Made by a program: the position numbers and the translations under genes
In this document: positions 9,095-17,006 of the stretch, one piece after another
How the letters are laid out: the number at the start of each line of letters is the position of its first letter
How positions within the stretch are numbered: the stretch's first letter is position 1
The notes under the pieces: model-generated
The model's input: the letters and a program-made list of their open reading frames with translations, nothing else
The model's database searches: none
What the model was told of the DNA's origin: nothing
Assembly (NCBI GenBank): GCA_044373865.1
Contig: JBILPN010000001.1
Coordinates: 1-33,939, forward strand
DNA: 33,939 nt
Source: Luteolibacter sp.
GTDB taxonomy: Bacteria > Verrucomicrobiota > Verrucomicrobiia > Verrucomicrobiales > Akkermansiaceae
Direction of reading: 5' to 3'

Positions 9095-9646
9095 TCAGGC
9101 GACGAGTTCGTAGGTGTTGTTGCCGGAGTCGCGTTGTTCGAGTTCGAACTCGATCTTGCTGGTGGTCGGGCCGACGTCGCCGGCGGTGACCAGGCGCAGG
9201 TAGGCCCACACCTGGGTGCGCTCGATGATCGCGCCGTTCTTGTTCTGGATTTCCAGCAGCATCACCACTTCGATGAAGTTGTCATTCTTGACGCCGGGGG
9301 CCTGCGCCACGCCCGCCACCGGCACCGTGGCCAGCGCGTGTTCGAGCTGTTTGATCAGGCTGTTGGTGGTGGCGGTGGCGCTGGTCCACTTGCGCTTCTT
9401 GAGGGTCTGCTCCTCATCGTCCACATAGCCGCCGGAGGCCCTGGGGATCTTGAAGATTTCGGTGTCGAATTCTTTGACCTCCTTGACGGTTTCGATGTTG
9501 GCAAATTCCCAGTTCGTCCAGTTGGTGGTCGGCGCATTGTCCGGCCAGGTGGTCTTGGAAACGGTGACCGCATCGACAGTGGTGCCGACCGGGATGATGT
9601 AGAGGCGGGCGTTTTTCAGCTCGCGGCGTTTGGTGGTGAGTGACAT
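9095..9646 (-). CDS. Major tail (tube) protein, putative (183 aa)
   Basis: Start reassigned to MSLTTKRRELK; size, Thr/Val-rich beta pattern and position after the tail terminator. Confidence 0.7.
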   Translation of the reverse strand: MSLTTKRRELKNARLYIIPVGTTVDAVTVSKTTWPDNAPTTNWTNWEFANIETVKEVKEFDTEIFKIPRASGGYVDDEEQTLKKRKWTSATATTNSLIKQLEHALATVPVAGVAQAPGVKNDNFIEVVMLLEIQNKNGAIIERTQVWAYLRLVTAGDVGPTTSKIEFELEQRDSGNNTYELVA

Positions 9647-9657
9647 GGTGGTGTTTA

Positions 9658-9754
9658 GTTGATGGTTGAGAGTGGATAGTTGATAGTTAAGAGTCAGAGC
9701 AGAGGTCGCAGCGGCTTTTTCTTCGCTATCAACCATCAACTCTCAACCATCAAC
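9658..9754. repeat. 29-bp inverted repeat built from GTTGA(T/G)(A/G) heptamers
   Basis: 9658-9686 vs reverse complement of 9726-9754: 27/29 identical, 39-nt loop. Confidence 0.9.
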
Positions 9755-9758
9755 CTCT

Positions 9759-9959
9759 TCAAAAAATGCCGGTGATGCGGACGAGGCCGAGACCGGCGAG
9801 CGCCTCGGCTTCGGTCTGGGTGAGTGGGAAATCGCAGGGACCGGCGGCGACGATGGCAGCGCCGATCTTGGTGCGGTTCTGGAGGACGATGACGGCCACG
9901 TGGCGCGGCTCGTCGTTGGCGGTGGTGGCGGGCGCGGCGGCCGGTGCGGTGGTTTTCAT
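9759..9959 (-). CDS. Small hypothetical virion protein (66 aa)
   Basis: ATG at 9959 (MKTTAPAAAP...), 5 bp after the upstream stop; typical small gene preceding tail tube. Confidence 0.65.
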   Translation of the reverse strand: MKTTAPAAAPATTANDEPRHVAVIVLQNRTKIGAAIVAAGPCDFPLTQTEAEALAGLGLVRITGIF

Positions 9960-9964
9960 GGTCG

Positions 9965-10405
9965 TTAGAGTGAGAGTTTGCGGCTGAAGATCGTCTGGCG
10001 GCCGAGGTAGGCGGTGCCGCCATCGGCCTCGATGTCGAGGTCGCTGAAGGATTTCAGGCGGAAGCGGTAGGCATGATGGTCGCTGCCGAGGCGCAGATCG
10101 TGGACGTGGCTGACGAGGTCCTCCCACAAGTCCTCTTCCGGCGTCGCAGCGTCCGAGACTTGCGGCAGGCAGATAAGGGTGAGCGGCACGGTGATTTCCA
10201 TTTCCAGGCCGTCCTCCTCCGAGCTGCTGCCCTCGGCGATGCCGATATGCAACACGGCCCCGAGCGAGCTGGCGGCGATCATGCTGGCCACGTCATTCCA
10301 GACGCTGCCCTGGCGTTTGAAGATCACGCTGTCCGCCGTCCAGCCGATATTGGCGGCGATGATGCTGGCGGCCAGATCGGCGCGCAGGTCGTAGAGTTTA
10401 CTCAT
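9965..10405 (-). CDS. Tail terminator-like protein (Mu gp37 position), 146 aa
   Basis: Acidic 146 aa, ATGA-coupled to gpG-like gene, synteny. Confidence 0.6.
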   Translation of the reverse strand: MSKLYDLRADLAASIIAANIGWTADSVIFKRQGSVWNDVASMIAASSLGAVLHIGIAEGSSSEEDGLEMEITVPLTLICLPQVSDAATPEEDLWEDLVSHVHDLRLGSDHHAYRFRLKSFSDLDIEADGGTAYLGRQTIFSRKLSL

Positions 10406-11016
10406 GCGGATTTGCCTCCTGGGTTAGCGGCTTGCGAGCTGAGTTCGGCGATGTAGTCGCCGGCGGTTTGCACGGCGGCATCGCGCATCTCGTCGAAGGG
10501 CAGAAGGCTGCGGTCCTGTTTGATCTGCGCCTGCTTGACGAGCACGTAGAGCACGGTGAGCGAGTCCTGGCCTTTCACGCCCACTTTGGGCCGGGCGAGG
10601 ATCAGGGTGTTTTTCGGGCCGACGCGCAGCGCGACCAGATCGGTGAAAGTCCTGGCGCGGCGGCCGTAACTTTCCGCCGCCACCGGGATGGTCAGGAAGC
10701 CGTTGGGCTTTTTCGGTTTGACCAGATAGTCGCCGAAGGCGGCGCGCAGCCGCGAGGCGCGCGGGATCTTGATCGTCGTTGAAGTCTCACTGCTGGCCGC
10801 TTCGATCTGGTTGGCGACCTTTTCCAGATGGTTGGTCGGCGTCGCACCGAGGCGGTTGGCGGTCTTGTGATCCGGGATGCCGGCGACGTAGGTCTGCGTC
10901 AGTTCGAGCACGTCCACGGCGATGCGGGCATGCAACTGCTTGCGCCTTGCAATGGATCTGCGGAGGCGTTGCAGCCCGGCCGCTTCGCCGGTGGCGGTGA
11001 TGGTGATGGCGATCAT
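10402..11016 (-). CDS. Mu gpG-like tail completion/virion morphogenesis protein
   Basis: Basic 204 aa, VKPKKPNGFLTIP and C-terminal IKQDRSLLP (IPARPFL-like) motifs; ATGA coupling. Confidence 0.65.
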   Translation of the reverse strand: MIAITITATGEAAGLQRLRRSIARRKQLHARIAVDVLELTQTYVAGIPDHKTANRLGATPTNHLEKVANQIEAASSETSTTIKIPRASRLRAAFGDYLVKPKKPNGFLTIPVAAESYGRRARTFTDLVALRVGPKNTLILARPKVGVKGQDSLTVLYVLVKQAQIKQDRSLLPFDEMRDAAVQTAGDYIAELSSQAANPGGKSA

Positions 11017-12005
11017 CGGGAACCTCCTGCTTTTTCCGCTTCACGGATTGCCAGGGCACGCCGGGCGCGTTCGGCAGGGGTCATTCTCGGCAGGGTGACC
11101 AGGCCGGGTTTGCCAGGGATTTCGACGGCTCCGGTTTCGAGTTTGAAGGCCTCCCCCATTTCCGGATCCACCTCGGTGAGGGACAGGCGCGGGGACGGGA
11201 TCGGCAGCTTGCCAGCGATCACGTTGGGGCGGCTGGCGAACCATTCGTCGATGCTCTCGCCATTCGGGCCGGTGACGCCGAGCGCCTCGCAGCGGTCGCG
11301 TTTCACTTCGCGCAGGCCGACGCCGCCGTTGAACACGAACGGGCCGTGGTCGATGTCCAGGGCATCCGGGAAATTCGCCGAGGCTCCCAGCTCGCCCAGG
11401 ACGGGATCGCCCTTGAGACAAATCATGCCGGTCTCGCTGCGGACCACGCGCACGCTGCCCTTGTGCGGATAGATCCGGCCGCCGGAAATCTGCCAGCGCG
11501 ATTCCCAGTCCCGCTGCTCGATGTGGGTGAGCACGCGGACGAGTTCCACGCCCGGCGCCGCTTCGAGGCGGTCCGGAGTATTAAAGCGGTATTGCTGCCC
11601 GGCACCGACGTTGATTTGCGTCTGGGTGCGCACGATCAGGTTGAGCCGGCGCAGGGTGGATAGATCCTGAATCGTTCCGGCGACGGCCGGCGGCACCGGC
11701 TCGGCGGCGTCGCCTGGCATCGTCGGAAATCCGCCCTCCGGTGTGTAGCCGGTGGCCTGGATCGTTTCGAACAACGTGCCCACGGCCGAGGCCTCATCGA
11801 TCTCGCCGGAGACGATGGCATCGATCACGCGCTTGATCATCGTCGCGAAGATCCGCGAGGTGCCGCGCGCGGTGAACGCCGAGGCGAGCCGCGCCTGGGC
11901 GGTGAGTTCGCGCAGGCCCGCGGTGTCCAGCGAGGTGGGCAAAATCCCCCGCGCCTGCGCTTTCACGAAGGCGTCGAACAAGGGATCTGGTAGAGTTTCG
12001 GGCAT
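11013..12005 (-). CDS. Mu gpF/SPP1 gp7-like minor head protein
   Basis: SAFTARG, RRLNLIVRTQTQ...AG and GPFVFNGG motifs resembling F-family proteins. Confidence 0.7.
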   Translation of the reverse strand: MPETLPDPLFDAFVKAQARGILPTSLDTAGLRELTAQARLASAFTARGTSRIFATMIKRVIDAIVSGEIDEASAVGTLFETIQATGYTPEGGFPTMPGDAAEPVPPAVAGTIQDLSTLRRLNLIVRTQTQINVGAGQQYRFNTPDRLEAAPGVELVRVLTHIEQRDWESRWQISGGRIYPHKGSVRVVRSETGMICLKGDPVLGELGASANFPDALDIDHGPFVFNGGVGLREVKRDRCEALGVTGPNGESIDEWFASRPNVIAGKLPIPSPRLSLTEVDPEMGEAFKLETGAVEIPGKPGLVTLPRMTPAERARRALAIREAEKAGGSR

Positions 12006-12010
12006 GAGAG

Positions 12011-12472
12011 TTAGATTCCGTCCATGCGGGTGCGGCCGGTGCGGCTGCCGGGGCCGGAGACGATTTCCACGCCGTTGGGTTTTTCGCCTGGCACTTCGGT
12101 GGCGATGGCATCGTCGGCGGGCTCGGGCCGGATCTGGCCCTTGGCCACGCTGAGGAAAAACGCGTCGGCCTTTTCGTATTCGAGCTTGCGGGCCTCGCCG
12201 GGTTGATAGCCGGGGATGGTGACCAGCAGCCGCCAGCGCGCGATCGCCATCGCCTTGGCCTTGAAGCTCGGCGGGATCTTTTCCAGATCCTCGGAAATCG
12301 TGTTGGGGGCCCAGGTGGCGATGTAGCCGCGGATCTCCGCCGTCAGGTCCGCGAGGATGGGCAGCAGCCGGTCGCTCACGGAGACGCCCGCCGAGGTCTT
12401 GGCGAAATCATCGCGCTCGCGCAGCGTCATCGAGCTGAGCAGGTCGTGTTCGGTGAGAGTGGTCCAGGTCAT
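12011..12472 (-). CDS. Mu gp36-like (DUF1320) head-tail connector (153 aa)
   Basis: Start MTWTTLTEHDL; AEIRGYI, AMAIARWRL, YEKADAFFLSVAKG pattern; directly after capsid gene. Confidence 0.8.
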   Translation of the reverse strand: MTWTTLTEHDLLSSMTLRERDDFAKTSAGVSVSDRLLPILADLTAEIRGYIATWAPNTISEDLEKIPPSFKAKAMAIARWRLLVTIPGYQPGEARKLEYEKADAFFLSVAKGQIRPEPADDAIATEVPGEKPNGVEIVSGPGSRTGRTRMDGI

Positions 12473-12487
12473 ACTTTTCACCCCGAA

Positions 12488-12515
12488 ACCCGAGGCCCCT
12501 TGCGGAGCCTCGGGT
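12488..12515 (-). terminator. Putative intrinsic terminator/hairpin after major capsid gene
   Basis: Minus strand ACCCGAGGCTCC-GCAA-GGGGCCTCGGGT followed by TT; GNRA loop, short U tract. Confidence 0.6.
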
Positions 12516-12548
12516 GATTCATTGGAGGGAATCTTTGATCTAACTTGC

Positions 12549-13553
12549 TCAGGCAAGCGTCACAGTGGTCTTGCGCACGCCGGTGGTCTGCGGCGCGAAG
12601 ATCAGCGACTCATGCCAGACGGTGATGTCGGTATACACCGCGCTCTCCTGGATCGCCACGGCCCACTCGCCGCCGCCGGTGACGGGGGAATAGGCGCGCT
12701 TGATGTTGGAGGGGTCGTCCAGGATCGCGCTGTCGGTGACCGCATAGGAGTAGGCAGCGAGGCCGAGCACGTTGGTCTTGGCGCCGGCCTTGACCTCTTG
12801 CTTGATGCCGTCGTGGATCACCACCCGCTTGATGCCGAGGTAGCGCGCCAGCATTTCCTCATCATAGTCGCTGTGGTTGGCCACGCCGGTATTGGCGCGG
12901 GTGGCGGCCTCGTAGGCATCCTGGCGGCCCTGCCAGGCGGCATTGCCGATGACGAGTTGCACGTTGGCCAGATCGCCGATGGCGAGGCGGCTGAGCTGCG
13001 CCTGGGCGCGGAGCAGGCCGTCCGGATTGGTCGCCGCGCTGAAGGTGATGGCGGCGTTGGTCGAGGCCGCATCCACCACCCCCATGCCGCGGACGATGTC
13101 GGCGCGGATCAGGCGGTTTTTCAGGCTGGCCGCGTAGCGGTTTTCCCAACCGGCGACCACCACGCCGCCGATCTTCGGCAGCGTCTTGTGATCCACCCGC
13201 ATGGTGAGGCCCTTCTGTTGGGTCGCCAGGGTGACCGTGCTGCCGCGGTATTGCACGCGCTTGAACGAGGCCCCGATGCCGCGGATGTCGCTGTCGTCGG
13301 CTTCGGTCAGGAACGCTTCGTCGTCCGCCTTGGCGAATTGGAAGAAGTCATTGGTCTGCATGCCGGGGAACAACAGTTCGAGGCGGCTGCTTTCGTCCGA
13401 GGACGGCAGCCCGGCGAGGTAACCCTGCACGTCCTGCGCGAGCGAGCCCGCGTAGTTTTGCGCCGAGTTGGCCACGGTGATCTGGCCGAGCACCGGAGTG
13501 TCGGAGAGGAGCGAGGCCCCGGTGAGGGCGAGGTAGGAATTGAGATGTTTCAT
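12549..13553 (-). CDS. Major capsid protein (334 aa)
   Basis: Size, position after protease and decoration gene and before gp36; followed by hairpin. Confidence 0.8.
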   Translation of the reverse strand: MKHLNSYLALTGASLLSDTPVLGQITVANSAQNYAGSLAQDVQGYLAGLPSSDESSRLELLFPGMQTNDFFQFAKADDEAFLTEADDSDIRGIGASFKRVQYRGSTVTLATQQKGLTMRVDHKTLPKIGGVVVAGWENRYAASLKNRLIRADIVRGMGVVDAASTNAAITFSAATNPDGLLRAQAQLSRLAIGDLANVQLVIGNAAWQGRQDAYEAATRANTGVANHSDYDEEMLARYLGIKRVVIHDGIKQEVKAGAKTNVLGLAAYSYAVTDSAILDDPSNIKRAYSPVTGGGEWAVAIQESAVYTDITVWHESLIFAPQTTGVRKTTVTLA

Positions 13554-13565
13554 GTGGATTCTAGA

Positions 13566-13600
13566 TTTCAGATTTTCAGCGTTTCAGCGTTTCAGCGTTT
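13566..13600 (+). repeat. Tandem 8-mer (TTTCAGCG) repeats upstream of capsid gene
   Basis: tttcaga-ttttcagcg-tttcagcg-tttcagcg-ttt. Confidence 0.8.
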
Positions 13601-13605
13601 ACCGG

Positions 13606-14082
13606 TTAGGGGTTGACCACCGGGCTGAGGGGCAGCACGAGGAACTCGGAACCGTCACCGGCCGCGGCGTTGAGCGCCTCGCCGACGAGGTAGGCCCCGG
13701 CGACCACGGCATCCGTGACTTTGCCGCCGGCCGTGCCATAGACGCGGACGCCGGCGGCGATGGCCTTGGAGGCAATCAGGATCTTCGGCCCGCTGAGGAT
13801 CGGAATGACCCCGATGGGCGTATTGATGGCGGCTCGATCCGCCGCGGAACCGATCGGGCGGGTGGCCGCCGTGTTCAGTTTCACCTGGGTGGCGGGCGCG
13901 GTGCCGAAGGCCACCAGCAGGTGCTCGTCGATGGCCACCTCGGCGGACCGGGTGAACGGGCCGTCGTAGAAGCCCTGGACATTGAGCGCGTCCGTTCCTT
14001 GGGGAGCGAATGCGCGGGCGGCCACCGCGAACGGTGCGATCAGGAGCGCGGTGAGGAGCGCCAGTCCGTGTTTGGTTTTCAT
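13606..14082 (-). CDS. Capsid decoration/cement protein (DUF2190-like), 158 aa with hydrophobic leader
   Basis: ASKAIAAGVRVYGTAGGKV...VGEALNAAAGDG pattern; N-terminal MKTKHGLALLTALLIAPFAVAARA. Confidence 0.8.
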   Translation of the reverse strand: MKTKHGLALLTALLIAPFAVAARAFAPQGTDALNVQGFYDGPFTRSAEVAIDEHLLVAFGTAPATQVKLNTAATRPIGSAADRAAINTPIGVIPILSGPKILIASKAIAAGVRVYGTAGGKVTDAVVAGAYLVGEALNAAAGDGSEFLVLPLSPVVNP

Positions 14083-14113
14083 ATATCTATCGAGTGAGAG
14101 GTGAAGGTGTGAG

Positions 14114-14656
14114 TTATGCCTTGGTGAACAATTCCGGCTTGGCCACGCGGCAGGCGTCATAGGCCTTGGTCCAGCCGGGGGCGGTGGTGATGTCGATGGC
14201 CTTCTCGGCGGCGAAGGCGATCACGCCTTGCGTGATGCGCTCGGCGGCGTTGGCGGCATCGCTGTGGTTGGCATCGCGGCGGGTGCCGAGATGGGCGACG
14301 CGGTTGCTGGTGTTGAGCACCGGCATCAGGGTCTGGAGCTTGGCGCTCTCGGTCGCGAACGAGGTGTTGAGCGCGGCGGTCCAGGCGGGCTTGTCGGCAG
14401 CGGTGATGCGGCCGGTGTTGAGCGCTTCGGCGAGCACCGTTTCCACGGCGGTGCCACGCACCAGGTGCAGCTCGGTCTCCACCAGCGAGAGGCGGGAGTT
14501 GGCGGCGGTGACGGTTTCCATCGCGGCGGCCTTGTCGGCTTCGGCGCTGGCCATGTCGCCGAGCATCTTGACGATGGCGGCGGAGATTTCTTCGGCGGTG
14601 GGCGCAGCATCGGGCGCGAACCCGAGTGCTTGGAGCGCTTCTGGTGTTAGTGGCAT
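14114..14656 (-). CDS. Nested in-frame scaffolding protein (Mu gpZ-like, 180 aa)
   Basis: In-frame ATG (MPLTPEALQALG) after acidic linker, preceded by ACCACCACCGAC leader like other starts here; Mu I/Z precedent. Confidence 0.65.
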   Translation of the reverse strand: MPLTPEALQALGFAPDAAPTAEEISAAIVKMLGDMASAEADKAAAMETVTAANSRLSLVETELHLVRGTAVETVLAEALNTGRITAADKPAWTAALNTSFATESAKLQTLMPVLNTSNRVAHLGTRRDANHSDAANAAERITQGVIAFAAEKAIDITTAPGWTKAYDACRVAKPELFTKA

Positions 14657-15316
14657 GTCGGTGGTGGTTTCTTGGTTCTCGGATTCGCCGCTTGCGGCAT
14701 CGGGAGAGGGGAGATCATCAGGCATGCCTTCGAGCCCGTTCAGGGCGATGGTGTTGTGCATGATGTTGGGGGTGTTGGTGAGCGCGTCGCTCCACAGCAG
14801 GATGGGGCGGAAATAGCCGGCGCGGCCGGGGATCTCCGAGAGCCGCCAATAGGGCGAGTGGCCGGTGTATTTCGGCGCGTCGCCGTCGAGCAGCGCGGTG
14901 CCGTCGCTATTAAGTACACTGGTCACCCAGATTCCGTCGTCCTCCACCTCGATGGACTTGATCCGGCCGACGGCGCTGGCGCGGTGGCCGGGGTTTTTCT
15001 CGCGCCAGGCGGCATCATCGGCGTGGCCCTCGTAAATCGGCACGCCCCGGAAAAACGTCGCGAGCTTGCCCACCAGGCTGCCGTAGTTGGCGGCGAGGGT
15101 GGCGCCGGCCTGGCGGTCCACCACCTGGATGATGGCGTTGCCGTGGATGTCATCCACCGGAAACTCGCCGTAGGGGCTGAGGCGGTAGCGGAAACTCGTC
15201 TCGCCGCTGGCATTGGCCGGCAGCGCGAGTTCCTGGAACACGCCCGAGGCGGCGTTGATCGCGCCGGTGGCGGCGTTGAGCGCGGCGGTGAAGATGGGGA
15301 AGGATTTGGTTTTCAT
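14114..15316 (-). CDS. Mu gpI-like prohead protease with C-terminal scaffold
   Basis: LSPYGEF, YEGH, AVGRI, HSP and ALTNTPNI motifs; Ala-rich helical C-terminal half. Confidence 0.9.
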   Translation of the reverse strand: MKTKSFPIFTAALNAATGAINAASGVFQELALPANASGETSFRYRLSPYGEFPVDDIHGNAIIQVVDRQAGATLAANYGSLVGKLATFFRGVPIYEGHADDAAWREKNPGHRASAVGRIKSIEVEDDGIWVTSVLNSDGTALLDGDAPKYTGHSPYWRLSEIPGRAGYFRPILLWSDALTNTPNIMHNTIALNGLEGMPDDLPSPDAASGESENQETTTDMPLTPEALQALGFAPDAAPTAEEISAAIVKMLGDMASAEADKAAAMETVTAANSRLSLVETELHLVRGTAVETVLAEALNTGRITAADKPAWTAALNTSFATESAKLQTLMPVLNTSNRVAHLGTRRDANHSDAANAAERITQGVIAFAAEKAIDITTAPGWTKAYDACRVAKPELFTKA

Positions 15317-16833
15317 GCGTTAGAATCGGATAGCCAGGCGGCGGCGGTCTGGGCGGCGAGCTCGCGGCCGAGGTTCACGGCATCCCCGGCGAGCGCGGGC
15401 ATGTCCTTGGAAATCTTCTTGAGCGCGGCCTGGGTGGCGGCGTGGTCGCCTGCCTGATAGGCCGCGAACAACGCCTCGCCGAGCGGCTGCAGGTCCGCCG
15501 CAAGCGCGCTGCGCAGCGCTTGCAGGCTGGCGGAAACTTCCGGCCCGCCGGCTTCGTTGAGCGCGGCGGCTTGGAGCGGGGCGGCGGTGACGGATTCTCC
15601 CAGGGCCGCTTCTTCGGCGTCGGCTTCGACGAGGCCGAATTTCCCGAGGAACCAGCTTTTGGAAACCCGCACGCCCATGCTGCGGGCCTTCTCGACGATG
15701 CCGATCTCGGCGGTGAGATTGTTGCGGGTCTTGGTGCGCAGCTTCAGCTCGCAGAGCACCGGCGCATTCCGCCCGAATTTCCAGGCGATCACCTTGGGGG
15801 TGAGATTGCGGTTGAGGGTCTCGCTCACCCAGGCGGCGTTGTCGCTGTCGAGCTCGTCGGAGTCTTCCTGTTGGGGATTGGAGCCGGTGCCGTTTTCGCG
15901 GGACATGGTGGATAGATCGCCACCGCGCCACAGCATCACCTGGGCGCGGTCCATGCGGTCGATGAGTTTGACGTAAGGCACCTCGCCCTGGCCGGTGAGG
16001 TTGAGCACGTCGATCACGTCGCCGGTGTTGACCACCGCGCCGAATTCCGAGCCGATCCCGGCGACGGCGGCCGCCATGTCATTCCAGCCGGGGCTGCCCT
16101 TTTGGGCGGAGGTCCGGCCGAGGAAGGCGGGCATGCCGTGGCGGTCGCAATAGGTCAGCCAGTCCTGGAGCGGCAGTTGCTTGAACATCCGCGCCAGCAC
16201 CCCGGCGAGCATCACGCCGCGGCCTTTGGAGAGCATCCAGGCATTGCGGCCGCCGAGGGTGTCCAGCTCCACGCCGCGCTGGGCGGCATAGGCGGGGAGA
16301 AATTTCATCCGCCCGGTGGTCACTTCGAAGAACCACGTCGGCACCTTCACCAGCTCGGCATTGAGCGCGGCCCGCGATGGCCGCCAGATGATGTGGTGGG
16401 CGGCGTAGCCTTTGCCATAGGCATCCATGATCTGTTGGACGAGCAGGCGCATGCCGCCGGCTTCTTCCAGCTCCACGGCATCGGAGGTGCGGAGGTTCTG
16501 GTAGAATTCCTGCAGCACGCCCTGTTGGTCCTGCGCCGCCTGTTTCCATTCCGCCGGGATTTCCTCCTTCGGTAAAATGTCATAGCCGTGGCGGCTCACC
16601 GCGGCCTTCGCCTTGGGTGCCACGGTGGCGATGATGTCGTCGTGCTTTTCCAGCCACTCCATCACCCACGCCAGCCCGGCGATCTCGCCGCGCGAATAGG
16701 CCTCCAACTGCCGGACCAGCACGTCAGGCGTCCAGCCGCGCAGCGGATTGAAGCGGGTCTGCTTCTCCAGCCGAATCCGCTCCGCGGAAACCGGGCGGCC
16801 ATCAGGGCCGAGGATGCCGGATTCCGGCTTCAC
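15313..16833 (-). CDS. Portal protein (Mu gp29/DUF935)
   Basis: IMDAYGKGYA, DWLTYCDRHGMP, VSETLNRNL motifs; 506 aa. Confidence 0.92.
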   Translation of the reverse strand: MKPESGILGPDGRPVSAERIRLEKQTRFNPLRGWTPDVLVRQLEAYSRGEIAGLAWVMEWLEKHDDIIATVAPKAKAAVSRHGYDILPKEEIPAEWKQAAQDQQGVLQEFYQNLRTSDAVELEEAGGMRLLVQQIMDAYGKGYAAHHIIWRPSRAALNAELVKVPTWFFEVTTGRMKFLPAYAAQRGVELDTLGGRNAWMLSKGRGVMLAGVLARMFKQLPLQDWLTYCDRHGMPAFLGRTSAQKGSPGWNDMAAAVAGIGSEFGAVVNTGDVIDVLNLTGQGEVPYVKLIDRMDRAQVMLWRGGDLSTMSRENGTGSNPQQEDSDELDSDNAAWVSETLNRNLTPKVIAWKFGRNAPVLCELKLRTKTRNNLTAEIGIVEKARSMGVRVSKSWFLGKFGLVEADAEEAALGESVTAAPLQAAALNEAGGPEVSASLQALRSALAADLQPLGEALFAAYQAGDHAATQAALKKISKDMPALAGDAVNLGRELAAQTAAAWLSDSNA

Positions 16834-17006
16834 GCCGCACCTCCCGGGTAAAGGTTCGCAACGGGGCTGCCAGCCTCAGCCCGCTGGGCCGATGCACACC
16901 AATGCAGATACCGGCAGCGCGCCGAAGCTTCAGAGATGCGCAATGTCCGCTTTCCGAAAGCACCCCCCCTAGAATCGCCTCCTACGGCCTTGTTTTGAAA
17001 TGTCAT
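16830..17006 (-). CDS. 58-aa bridging ORF between TerL and portal
   Basis: Manual translation MTFQNKAVGG...VANLYPGGAA; ATGA overlap with TerL stop and GTGA overlap with portal start. Confidence 0.55.
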   Translation of the reverse strand: MTFQNKAVGGDSRGGAFGKRTLRISEASARCRYLHWCASAQRAEAGSPVANLYPGGAA

